This document shows, in pieces, positions 34,602-43,682 of a stretch of DNA of 64,000 nt. Under the pieces are notes generated by a model. The model made no database searches. It was not told the DNA's origin and worked only from the letters and a program-made list of their open reading frames with translations. Made by a program: the position numbers and the translations under genes. Source of the DNA: Candidatus Woesearchaeota archaeon (GTDB lineage: Archaea > Nanobdellota > Nanobdellia > Woesearchaeales > JACPBO01); NCBI GenBank assembly GCA_030651135.1, contig JAUSCS010000006.1, positions 68,851 to 132,850 of the forward strand, given 5' to 3'. Numbering within the stretch: the stretch's first letter is position 1; each line of letters starts with the position of its first letter.

Positions 34602-35999
34602 TTATGTGTTGCGCTTGATTATTTTTACAACGCCTTTATAAGCATCAACTTCAATTTCATCGCCTGTCTTCAGGGCCAAGGTTATATGCTTAATTCCAAC
34701 AATGCAGGGTATTTTCATCTCTCTGCTGATTATTGCTGCATGGCTGGTTATGCCTCCTTTTTCTGTAATTACTGCTTTTGCTTTTTTTAGGAATGGAACA
34801 TAATCTGGCGTTGTATTTGATGTTACAAGTATTTCTTTATCTTTTAGTTTGTGTAGCTCTTTTACGCTCAAGATAACATTTACTGCGCCTCTTAGTTTAC
34901 CCCTATAAGCGGGCCTGCCAAAGAAAGTTGTTTGGCCAGATATGCTGAAAGGTGCAATTTCCTGTTCAAACTTACATCCATCATCTCCTGTGCGCATTTC
35001 GTAATTGCCATCGTGGTAATAGCATACAATTTTTTTCTTTCTTTTGATCAGCTCTTTCCCTGAGATTGTAATTGTATCTAACTGGATTAGCTCTTGGCCA
35101 GTCAACAGAGATATTTCTTCTTTACTCAGCCCCTTCTTCGCGCGCATCTCATCAAGAAGTTCATTTATGTAATAGCTGGCTTCTATAGCTGTTCTTTTCC
35201 TCGTATCCTGCACAAAGGTTATGAATTCTACCATGTTGGCCAGGGTTTTAAGCCGTTTATATTTACCGCCTTCTAATGAATTTAAAAATTTTTTCTTGTC
35301 ATTCATATTGTGCTCTTCAGTTAGTTTTAATGACTTGAGCTTGTCAAGGAAAAATCCCTCGCCCAAGTATTTTGTATCCACATAATTGTTGTTTAACCAA
35401 AAATAATTCTTTACATGCTCTTTGATAAGTTGCCTGAAATTTGGCTTTTTTGATATTGCTAGCAATTCTTTTTCTTCCCTCAGCAAAAAAGAGTCTCTGG
35501 GAATTGAAAGCAGGTCTATCACCTTGTTAGCTTCTTTCCCAAATAGACTTTTTACCTCTTCATCAAAATCTTTCTCAACAAATTCAATAGAAAGTTCGGG
35601 TATCATGACTATGGCGAAGTACCTGGCATATTTATCATAAATTTCTTTGAACAGCACACTCAATGATTTTATGCTTCTGTCCTTTATAGTTTCAACTTTT
35701 CTTGAAGAATTCAGCAATTGACTGCCTCGTTCTATCATGATCCTTTCAGTTTTCTTCAGAAATTCAGTATTTTTTATGCATTTAGCCAATAATTTCTGTG
35801 CGCCTTCTCTTAAATCAGGCTCTGAATAACAGGCCCTTGCAGAATACACATCAGTAATGCTGAACATCAGGTTTCTGATTTTTCTATTATAGTAGCTGTC
35901 ATGCTCTTTTAAGCAGGCGAGCAAAACGCTCACAATATACAAGGTAATTCTCTGATTTGGAACATCATGATACCAATTTTTATTTTGAAGTTTTGCCAT
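34602..35999 (-). CDS. Phospho-His swivel (PEP-utilizer mobile) domain protein with a large helical N-terminal domain
   Basis: C-terminal TTPDYVPFLKKAKAVITEKGGITSHAAIISREMKIPCIVG; no ATP-grasp or TIM-barrel domain. Confidence 0.88.
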   Translation of the reverse strand: MAKLQNKNWYHDVPNQRITLYIVSVLLACLKEHDSYYNRKIRNLMFSITDVYSARACYSEPDLREGAQKLLAKCIKNTEFLKKTERIMIERGSQLLNSSRKVETIKDRSIKSLSVLFKEIYDKYARYFAIVMIPELSIEFVEKDFDEEVKSLFGKEANKVIDLLSIPRDSFLLREEKELLAISKKPNFRQLIKEHVKNYFWLNNNYVDTKYLGEGFFLDKLKSLKLTEEHNMNDKKKFLNSLEGGKYKRLKTLANMVEFITFVQDTRKRTAIEASYYINELLDEMRAKKGLSKEEISLLTGQELIQLDTITISGKELIKRKKKIVCYYHDGNYEMRTGDDGCKFEQEIAPFSISGQTTFFGRPAYRGKLRGAVNVILSVKELHKLKDKEILVTSNTTPDYVPFLKKAKAVITEKGGITSHAAIISREMKIPCIVGIKHITLALKTGDEIEVDAYKGVVKIIKRNT

Positions 36000-36048
36000 A
36001 GTTATGATGCATTCCTCTTGATTATTTTTGCAATGCCCCTGTTTGCAT

Positions 36049-36987
36049 CTATCTTAATGCAGTCACAGGCCTTGCCTGCAATATGTAGATCTTCCCGCCT
36101 TCGATTGCCCATTCAATATCCATTGGAATGCTGTAATGCTTTTCGATCTCCTTTGTGAACTTTACCAGCCCCTTAGCTTCATTTTCATTCAGAACTTCGA
36201 TATGGCCGTGGCTTATATTCCTTTTCTCTGTTTTCCCGCTTTTGCTCCTGTAATATCCCCACTCCAGCTTCGATATGCTTTTGTTCTTAACTTTATGAGT
36301 TTTCTTGTCGATCACATAAGAGTGAGGAGTCAATGCTCCAAGCACAACAGCCTCTCCGAGGCCATAAGCTCCTTCAATGATTATCTCTTCCTTGTTCTGC
36401 GTTACAGGATTTATAGAAAATATAACCCCTGCCTTGTCTGCATTGACCATCTTCTGGACAACAACAGCTAAAAACACATTTTCGTGCGGAAAGTTATTTC
36501 TAACCCTGTAATAGATCGCCCTCGGCGTAAACAGCGAAGCAAAGCATTTCTGCACAGCTTCCAAAACCTCTTTTTCACCTTTAACATTCAAAAAAGTTTC
36601 CTGCTGGCCTGCAAAACTCGCATCAGGAAGATCCTCTGCTGTTGCCGAGCTTCTTACTGCAACAAAATCATTCATTCTTGAATATTCTTTCTTTATATCT
36701 TCGATAAGCGCCTTTGGCATGCGTGACTTCATAATAAGCCCTCTTACTTTTTCCGCTGTCTTATTCAGCTGACCTGTATTTTCAACATCAAGAGCTTTAA
36801 GCAGTTTATGGATCTTCTCATTAATTCCTGCTTCTGTTACAAACCTTTCATATGCCCTTGCCGTAATTACGAACCCGTCAGGAACAGGAAGCCCCATGCT
36901 TGCCAGCTCTCCTAAATTTGCAGCCTTGCCTCCAACAATAGGAATATCTTCTTTCCTTATATCCTTGAATAGTTTTATGTTCGGCAT
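36049..36987 (-). CDS. Stand-alone PEP synthase/PPDK N-terminal ATP-grasp domain
   Basis: VGGKAANLGEL, VAVRSSATAEDLPDASFAGQQETFLN, DIEWAI; ends at ILQARPVTALR, the domain boundary. Confidence 0.93.
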   Translation of the reverse strand: MPNIKLFKDIRKEDIPIVGGKAANLGELASMGLPVPDGFVITARAYERFVTEAGINEKIHKLLKALDVENTGQLNKTAEKVRGLIMKSRMPKALIEDIKKEYSRMNDFVAVRSSATAEDLPDASFAGQQETFLNVKGEKEVLEAVQKCFASLFTPRAIYYRVRNNFPHENVFLAVVVQKMVNADKAGVIFSINPVTQNKEEIIIEGAYGLGEAVVLGALTPHSYVIDKKTHKVKNKSISKLEWGYYRSKSGKTEKRNISHGHIEVLNENEAKGLVKFTKEIEKHYSIPMDIEWAIEGGKIYILQARPVTALR

Positions 36988-37023
36988 TAGATCCTCACTT
37001 TACTTTTTTGCCTATAAATCTTT

Positions 37024-38106
37024 CTATTTCTTTTTCAATATCCTTACAATGCCCTTATTGGCATCAATTTCAACAAGATCGCCATCTTTCAAGACCTTTG
37101 TAGCTATTTTAGTGCTCATAATGCTGGGGATTTTGAATTCTCGGGCAACAACTGCAATATGAGAAAGCGCACCTCCTTCATCTGTAATTATGGCTGCGAA
37201 TTTACTAAGCAGAGGTGCATCATCTGGTTTTGTTATGCTTGTCACTAACACATATCCGGGTTTAGCGATTTTTACTCCGTGGAACACCTTATAAACCTTC
37301 CCCACCACCTTTCCAGGATAAGCAGTTATTCCTTTTAAAACGCCCATATTGCGTTCAGCATCAATAAACTGTCTATAAACACTATTAACAATTTCCTTAT
37401 CAGCAGTAATATTGTCCTTATTTTTGTGAAAAAGATACAAATAACCTGCCTTTCTTTTCGATAATTCAGATAATTGGGTCTTAGAGATTTTTTTCTCTTT
37501 CAAAAATTTCTTAAACTCTTTCAATGTCAAATACCTTAATAAATCACCCTCAAAGATAGATTTCCCGATTTTTTCTGCGCAATTTTTAATTAACGGTTCT
37601 ATTTTAAGATATATCAAGTTGGCAACAGCATCTTTATCTTTAGCAATCAAATGGGTGAATTTTCCCAATTTTTTGGCCCTGTCTTTGTCATTTTTTACAT
37701 ATCTCATTATTGAATTATAGAACCCAATTTGGGCAAGAACCTCAGGATATATTTGGAATGTGACTTTTAAAACTTTGAAAACATCTCTTTCTTTTTTTAC
37801 TTGCTCAAAAAGATGATTGTCTTTATCGAAGAGGGCTTTTAATTTTTTATTTAAAGACCTCAACGCGCTCACTTTAATTTTTTTATTAAACAAGTTTCCT
37901 GCCTTTTCTTCATTAATTAAGAAATAAGCCATGTCACCTTTCCCTATGTTCCCCATAGTCCCATAAGAATATCCTATTTCTTTTTTAAGAATATTATTAT
38001 AGCCAAAAAATATACAGCTGGCAGTTATTAATGGAAGTTTTCTTGAGCTTGCATGGACCAACCCAGCATCTTTAATGATTTTTATATACTCCTCTGCCTT
38101 CTTCAT
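37024..38106 (-). CDS. Phospho-His swivel domain protein, paralogue 2
   Basis: C-terminal ITDEGGALSHIAVVAREFKIPSIMST...GDLVEIDANKGIV. Confidence 0.86.
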   Translation of the reverse strand: MKKAEEYIKIIKDAGLVHASSRKLPLITASCIFFGYNNILKKEIGYSYGTMGNIGKGDMAYFLINEEKAGNLFNKKIKVSALRSLNKKLKALFDKDNHLFEQVKKERDVFKVLKVTFQIYPEVLAQIGFYNSIMRYVKNDKDRAKKLGKFTHLIAKDKDAVANLIYLKIEPLIKNCAEKIGKSIFEGDLLRYLTLKEFKKFLKEKKISKTQLSELSKRKAGYLYLFHKNKDNITADKEIVNSVYRQFIDAERNMGVLKGITAYPGKVVGKVYKVFHGVKIAKPGYVLVTSITKPDDAPLLSKFAAIITDEGGALSHIAVVAREFKIPSIMSTKIATKVLKDGDLVEIDANKGIVRILKKK

Positions 38107-38219
38107 TTTTATCCTTTCCGTGATTGTTCCTCGTTCTTTATTAATTTTCTTATTTTTTCTTTAAAAATCCCATTCAAAAGAAAAACGCTTATAAATAAAA
38201 CACACATTCTCTTCTATAT

Positions 38220-38326
38220 AGCGGGGTAGGGCAGTCAGGAGACAGTAATGCCTCAATGCCCGTTGGGCTCATAACCCAGAGGTCGGAAGTTCAAAATCCG
38301 AAAGGATGAAATTCTTCCCCCCGCTA
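38220..38326 (+). tRNA. Initiator tRNA-Met(CAU) with two introns (D-loop about 21/22: 38242-38256; 59/60: 38296-38312)
   Basis: A1:U72 acceptor AGCGGGG/CCCCGCT, anticodon arm TTGGG-CTCATAA-CCCAG, perfect BHB TTCA/TGAA in the T-loop, relaxed BHB in the D-loop. Confidence 0.9.
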
Positions 38327-38824
38327 TTATTTTTTCAGTCTTTTCTGGATCTCTTCTGCAACACCCTCGATCTCGTAATCTTCATCAAGATCCAGAATTA
38401 CATCAGCATACTTTCTGTAAAGAGGCAGCCTTTCCTCAAAAAGCGATCTTAATCCTTTCCCCTTCAACCCGACTATTCCTCTTGTAAGGCGGTTCTTTAC
38501 TTTATCAACTATCTTGAAAGGGGCATTCAAAAATACAACAACGGATATCTTCTTCAGAAATTCCATAGCATTTGCAGAATAAGCCGCGCTGCCTCCTGGT
38601 GAAATAACGCAGTTATTCAGCTCACCCAAACCCAGAATTGTTTTTTCTTCTATTTTCATAAACTCTTCATCTCCAAATTCATCAATTATCTGCTGCAGCT
38701 TCAGTTTGGAATTTTTTTCAATTATTTCATCAACATCTATAAAATTGTAATTAAGCCTTTTTGCCAGCACTCTCCCCACTTTGCTCTTTCCGACTCCCGC
38801 CATTCCGATCAGTGTTATGTTCAT
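38327..38824 (-). CDS. aroK: Shikimate kinase, AroK (NMP-kinase) type
   Basis: LIGMAGVGKSKVG P-loop, FIDVD, VISPGGS, ERLPLYRKYAD. Confidence 0.85.
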   Translation of the reverse strand: MNITLIGMAGVGKSKVGRVLAKRLNYNFIDVDEIIEKNSKLKLQQIIDEFGDEEFMKIEEKTILGLGELNNCVISPGGSAAYSANAMEFLKKISVVVFLNAPFKIVDKVKNRLTRGIVGLKGKGLRSLFEERLPLYRKYADVILDLDEDYEIEGVAEEIQKRLKK

Positions 38825-38967
38825 TCCTAAGTTTTATTTTCAGGAATATTTAAATCTAATCATTATGTTATATGTTAAGTAAACTAAAATATGGCACATA
38901 GTTAGAAACTTTACTTAACACATTATGCAACAATAAACTATTTAAACACTTGCCCTTATCTTCACTT

Positions 38968-39627
38968 ATGATAATCTGCGGTGTTGAAGAGGCTGGGCGC
39001 GGCCCTGTTATAGGTCCCATGGTTATGTGCGGCTTGGCTATTGACGAAAACAAGATTCAGCAGTTAAAAGACATCGGCGTAAAGGACTCAAAGCTTCTTT
39101 CACCTCATGAAAGAAATCGCCTCTTTGATAAAATTCTAGAACTTGCAGACAAATGTGAAATCACAATAATCCCTCCTGAAGAAATAGACCGCGCAGTCGG
39201 AAGGGAAGAGGACATCAATTTAAACTGGCTTGAAGCAAGAAAAACAGCTGATATGATCAACAAGCTCCATCCCGACAAGGTTTATTTGGACTGCCCCTCT
39301 CCAAACTGCGAGAAATACGCGGAATATATCAAAAAACTTTTAAAAAATAAAAATCCCGAGATCATAGCAGAGCACAAGGCAGATGTCAACTATCCTATTG
39401 TAGGAGCAGCATCAATAATAGCGAAAGTCACAAGAGACAAGGAGATCGAAGCTTTAAAAAAGAGGTTCAAGGTTGACTTTGGCTCAGGCTACCCTGCTGA
39501 TCCTTTTACTGCTCAGTTTTTAAAGGAAAACTATGCAAAATACCCTTTTTTCAGGAAAAGCTGGTCAAACTATAAGGACGCGGCTGCGCAGAAGAACCAG
39601 AAAAAACTTTTTGAGTTCAGGAAATAA
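38968..39627 (+). CDS. rnhB: Ribonuclease HII
   Basis: EEAGRGPVIGP, KDSKLL, HKAD, AASIIAKVTRD, GSGYPADP; C-terminal PIP-like QKKLFEF. Confidence 0.93.
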   Translation: MIICGVEEAGRGPVIGPMVMCGLAIDENKIQQLKDIGVKDSKLLSPHERNRLFDKILELADKCEITIIPPEEIDRAVGREEDINLNWLEARKTADMINKLHPDKVYLDCPSPNCEKYAEYIKKLLKNKNPEIIAEHKADVNYPIVGAASIIAKVTRDKEIEALKKRFKVDFGSGYPADPFTAQFLKENYAKYPFFRKSWSNYKDAAAQKNQKKLFEFRK

Positions 39628-39668
39628 ACAATAATTTTAAATAGTGTATTTTAATCAAAATTAACAAA

Positions 39669-42600
39669 ATGACAAAAATAAACAAAATAGTAATGCACGG
39701 CTTTAAGTCATTCGCAAAGCACACAGAGCTTTTATTTGGAGATAAGTTTAACTGCCTCTTGGGGCCAAACGGAGCAGGCAAGTCAAACATTCTAGACGCG
39801 CTCTGCTTCGTGCTGGGCAAAAGCTCAAGCAAGTCATTAAGGGCTGAAAAATCTTCTGATTTCATCTACAACGGCTGGAAAACAAAAAAAGCATCGCCTT
39901 ATGCAGAAGTTTCAATCTATTTTGACAACAGCAAAAAGATATTCCCGTCCAATGAGAGAGAAGTAAAGATATCAAGGATCGTAAAGCAGAACGGCCAGAG
40001 CAAATATAAAATCAATGATAAGACAATGACAAGGCAGCAGGTCTTAGATCTCCTCAACATAGCAAGAATCGACCCGGATGGCTACAATATAGTTCTTCAG
40101 GGCGATATTGTCAGGTTTACAGAGATGCCGACTGAAGAAAGAAGAAAAGTCATAGAAGAAATTGCCGGAATCTCAGTTTACGAGGATAAAAAGCATAAGG
40201 CTGAGCTTGAGCTTCAAAAGGTAGATGAAAGGCTTAACGAGGCAAATGTTATTCTGAAGGAAAGGGAAACATATCTTAAAGAATTGAAGAAAGACAGGGA
40301 TCAGGCATTAAAGTATAAGGAATTAAACGATAAGATAAGACAAAACAAGGCAACCTACATTTATACGCAGATGGATAGGGAAAATAAAAAGAAAAAAGAG
40401 CTTGATGAAAAAATCCTTAAGCATAAGGAGCAAGTAGAAGCTCTGCAAAGGAATATTTCTAATTTAAAGAACGATATTCTTGACAAGCAAGGGGAGATAA
40501 AAAAAATAACTGAAGAAGTTGAAAAGCGCGGATACAAGGATTCTCTTGATTCAGAAATACAGCAGCTTAAAGTAGACACAGCGGCAAACAAGACAAAAAT
40601 GGAAAGCTTTGAAACTGAGATTTCAAGAATAATGCAGAGAAAAGAGGGGCTGCAGGGCAGTCTTTCGCAGACTGAAGAAAAAATTGAATCATTGAACAAA
40701 GAAAAGCTTGGCTTGGAAGAAGAAAAGTCAAGAAAGCTGAAAGAGATAAATGATCTGGTAAAAAAACTGGATGAATTCAAAAAGAGAAACAAGATTGGAA
40801 AGGATGTTGAGGATATTGAAAAAGAAGTTGAGGCAATTGACAAGTATCTTGAAGAAAATCAGAACAATATACAGCGGCTAAGAACAGAGCAGCAGGAGCT
40901 CTTGAGAAGAAAAGACTTGCTCGAGTTCAGCGTAAAATCGATAGATGAGTCAATCAAAAAAGTGGAGGAAATTGAAAAAGAGCACAAAAAAGACATTCAG
41001 GATTTAAAGAGAAAGAAAGAAGAGCTTAAGAAGGCATCGAATGAGCTGAGCCAGCTGCTGAATGAAGATTCTTCACTGGCATTGCAGCTATCAAACTCAA
41101 GGGAGAAATTAACAAGATTAGTTGAGGAGCTGTCCAAATTAGAAGCAAGAAGCGTTGGCAGCCAGGAGAGATTTTTTGGCAATATTGCTGTCAAGAAAGT
41201 GCTTGAAAACAAAAGCAGGCTCGGCGGGATATACGGCACTGTGGGCCAGCTTGGCAAAGTAAATTCAAAGTATGCCCTTGCCCTGGAAATTGCAGCAGGC
41301 CCGAAAATAGATGCTGTTGTTGTGGAAGATGACAAAACAGCTGCAAAATGCATAAAATATCTCAAGGAAAACAAGCTCGGCGTGGCAACATTCTTTCCTT
41401 TAAACAAAATAAAGCCAACTCCAATAAAGCCCGAAGTTGAGAAATTAAAGTCGAGCAGCGGCGTGCATGACCTTGCTGTTAACCTTGTTTCTTATGAATC
41501 AAGATTCAAGGATATTTTCTCGCATGTATTCGCCAACACGCTTGTTGTTGATAATATTGACGTTGCAAGAAGAATTGGCATCGGAACATCAAAGATGGTG
41601 ACAATTGACGGCGATTCTGCGGAATTAAGCGGAGCAATGCATGGCGGATTCAGGCACAGGACAAAAGGCATTGGCTTCGAGGAAGAGGACGTAGCCAAAA
41701 ACATTGAAGACAAAAATGAAGAGGCTGTTGAACTAAAAACTCTTGTTTCCTCTCTTGAAAAAAGAAGAAAAGAAGTTGATGATAAGGTAGTTTCTTTGAG
41801 GACATTCAAGGCAAACCTTGAAGGGGATGTAATAAAAATTGAGAAAGGGCTTCACCTTGAAGATTCTGATCTTGATGCCAGCAAGAGAAAGAAAGACTCG
41901 CTCGCCGCTGAAATCAAAGACGTTGATAAGAAGCGGGATAAGCTCGAAGACAGCATATCTGCCCTGAATAATGAGATGGCCCAGAACAAAACAAAAAAAC
42001 AGGAATTGAAAAACAAAATAAATGATTTGAGAAATCCGAAGATACTGGCTGAGTTAAATGCTTTTGAAGAAAAGAAAAAAGAGCTCGATGCTGATGTTAT
42101 AAACAGGGGCCTCAATATAAAGAATATTGATGACCAGGTACAATCAATACACATCAGGGATAAAGAGAACACAATAAAAATCCTGAAGCAGAATGACAAG
42201 GAAATTGAAGGCTTTAAAAAACAGATTGTTGATTTGAAAGACAGGATAAAAAACCAGTATTCTGCTCTAAAGGAAAAAGAGGACAAGCAAAATGAATTCT
42301 ATTCCAGATTTGAAGCTCTTTATAAAAAAAGAACCAAGCTGACTGACGAGATTTCAGAGTCGGATAAAAAAACAGAGTCTTTGGCAGCAAAGTTAAAAGA
42401 GGGCGGGGATGTAATAAATGGGCTTTCTATCGACGAAGCTGCAATAAAAGCAAGGCTTGCTGGATTAGATGAAGAGTTCCAGCAGTATGCCGGCGTTAAG
42501 CTCGCTTCACACAAGTCTGAAGAAGACCTAAAGAAAGAGATAAATGAATTTGAAAAGATGAGAGACAACATAGGAAGCGTCAATATGAGGGCATTGGATA

Positions 42601-43160
42601 TCTATGAGGCTGTTGAGAAGGAGTTTAATGCGCTTATTGAGAAAAAAGAAAAACTCAGCACAGAGAAAAAAGATGTGCTTAATATGATGGCAGAGATTGA
42701 GGGCAAAAAGAAAGACCTATTCATGAACACAATGGTTACAGTAAACGACCATTTCAAAAAAATATTTAGTTTGCTCTCAAACAAAGGGGACGCATTCCTG
42801 GAGCTTGAAAATGAGCAGAATCCATTTGAGGGCGGTGTTAAGATAAAAGTAAGAATAATTGGAAATAAATTTTTAGATATCAGAAGCCTGTCTGGCGGAG
42901 AAAAAACACTCACAGCGCTTGCATTCATCTTTTCGATACAGGAGCATCAGCCGGCATCCTTCTATGTTCTCGATGAGGTTGACGCTGCTCTTGACAAGCA
43001 CAATTCAGAAAAATTTGCAAAGCTGATAGGCCAGTATTCTGAAAAAGCCCAGTATCTGATGATCAGCCATAATGACCATGTTATTTCAGAAGCAGATACT
43101 TTATACGGAATAACAATGGATGAAAACAAGATAAGCAAGGTTGTCAGCATGAAAATATGA
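39669..43160 (+). CDS. smc: Chromosome segregation ATPase SMC
   Basis: GFKSF, GPNGAGKSN, hinge GIYGTVGQLG, LSGGE, VLDEVDAALD. Confidence 0.96.
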   Translation: MTKINKIVMHGFKSFAKHTELLFGDKFNCLLGPNGAGKSNILDALCFVLGKSSSKSLRAEKSSDFIYNGWKTKKASPYAEVSIYFDNSKKIFPSNEREVKISRIVKQNGQSKYKINDKTMTRQQVLDLLNIARIDPDGYNIVLQGDIVRFTEMPTEERRKVIEEIAGISVYEDKKHKAELELQKVDERLNEANVILKERETYLKELKKDRDQALKYKELNDKIRQNKATYIYTQMDRENKKKKELDEKILKHKEQVEALQRNISNLKNDILDKQGEIKKITEEVEKRGYKDSLDSEIQQLKVDTAANKTKMESFETEISRIMQRKEGLQGSLSQTEEKIESLNKEKLGLEEEKSRKLKEINDLVKKLDEFKKRNKIGKDVEDIEKEVEAIDKYLEENQNNIQRLRTEQQELLRRKDLLEFSVKSIDESIKKVEEIEKEHKKDIQDLKRKKEELKKASNELSQLLNEDSSLALQLSNSREKLTRLVEELSKLEARSVGSQERFFGNIAVKKVLENKSRLGGIYGTVGQLGKVNSKYALALEIAAGPKIDAVVVEDDKTAAKCIKYLKENKLGVATFFPLNKIKPTPIKPEVEKLKSSSGVHDLAVNLVSYESRFKDIFSHVFANTLVVDNIDVARRIGIGTSKMVTIDGDSAELSGAMHGGFRHRTKGIGFEEEDVAKNIEDKNEEAVELKTLVSSLEKRRKEVDDKVVSLRTFKANLEGDVIKIEKGLHLEDSDLDASKRKKDSLAAEIKDVDKKRDKLEDSISALNNEMAQNKTKKQELKNKINDLRNPKILAELNAFEEKKKELDADVINRGLNIKNIDDQVQSIHIRDKENTIKILKQNDKEIEGFKKQIVDLKDRIKNQYSALKEKEDKQNEFYSRFEALYKKRTKLTDEISESDKKTESLAAKLKEGGDVINGLSIDEAAIKARLAGLDEEFQQYAGVKLASHKSEEDLKKEINEFEKMRDNIGSVNMRALDIYEAVEKEFNALIEKKEKLSTEKKDVLNMMAEIEGKKKDLFMNTMVTVNDHFKKIFSLLSNKGDAFLELENEQNPFEGGVKIKVRIIGNKFLDIRSLSGGEKTLTALAFIFSIQEHQPASFYVLDEVDAALDKHNSEKFAKLIGQYSEKAQYLMISHNDHVISEADTLYGITMDENKISKVVSMKI

Positions 43161-43206
43161 TTCATAAGCTATATAAAAGAAACAGAAAGAATAAAACTGT
43201 GATTTT

Positions 43207-43401
43207 ATGGCGAAAATAAAGATAATATATGACAAGGAAGCGTGCATCGGCTGCGGAAGCTGCGAAGCTGTATGCCCGGAAAACTGGAAATTAGAGGGCG
43301 ATAAGGCAATTCCTAAGAAGCTGGAGCTGACTGATGTTGGCTGCAACCAGGAAGCAGCAGACAGCTGCCCTGTTTCAGCGATAAAGATAGTTAAAAAATA
43401 A
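43207..43401 (+). CDS. Single-cluster ferredoxin
   Basis: CIGCGSCEAVCP...SCPVSAI. Confidence 0.9.
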   Translation: MAKIKIIYDKEACIGCGSCEAVCPENWKLEGDKAIPKKLELTDVGCNQEAADSCPVSAIKIVKK

Positions 43402-43410
43402 GGTGAGAAA

Positions 43411-43677
43411 ATGAAAAGTAAAAAAACAACAAAAACAAACAAAACAAAAATAAAAAAATCAAAGGCAATAAAAGATAAAATCACAAAGAACATGACAATC
43501 GGAGAAGTTGTTCTGAAATATCCCAATACAGCAACTGTTTTCATGCAGCACGGGCTTCATTGCATTGGCTGCGGAGTTGCCCAGTTCGAGACAATAGAAC
43601 AGGGAGCAGCTGCGCATGGGATCGATGTTAAAAAATTAATGGCAGATCTCAACAAAGCGGCATCCAAAAAAGAATAA
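43411..43677 (+). CDS. DUF1858 domain protein
   Basis: MTIGEVV..YP....VF...GLHCIGC.....ETIEQGAAAHGID. Confidence 0.88.
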   Translation: MKSKKTTKTNKTKIKKSKAIKDKITKNMTIGEVVLKYPNTATVFMQHGLHCIGCGVAQFETIEQGAAAHGIDVKKLMADLNKAASKKE

Positions 43678-43682
43678 CAGAC

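Noticed and set aside
40361-42928. Long Ser/Phe-rich minus-strand ORFs inside smc
   Set aside because: They are antisense shadows of Lys/Glu-rich coiled-coil coding sequence.
39669-43160. smc without adjacent scpA/scpB as an anomaly
   Set aside because: The kleisin gene is often unlinked in archaea, so this cannot be judged from one window.
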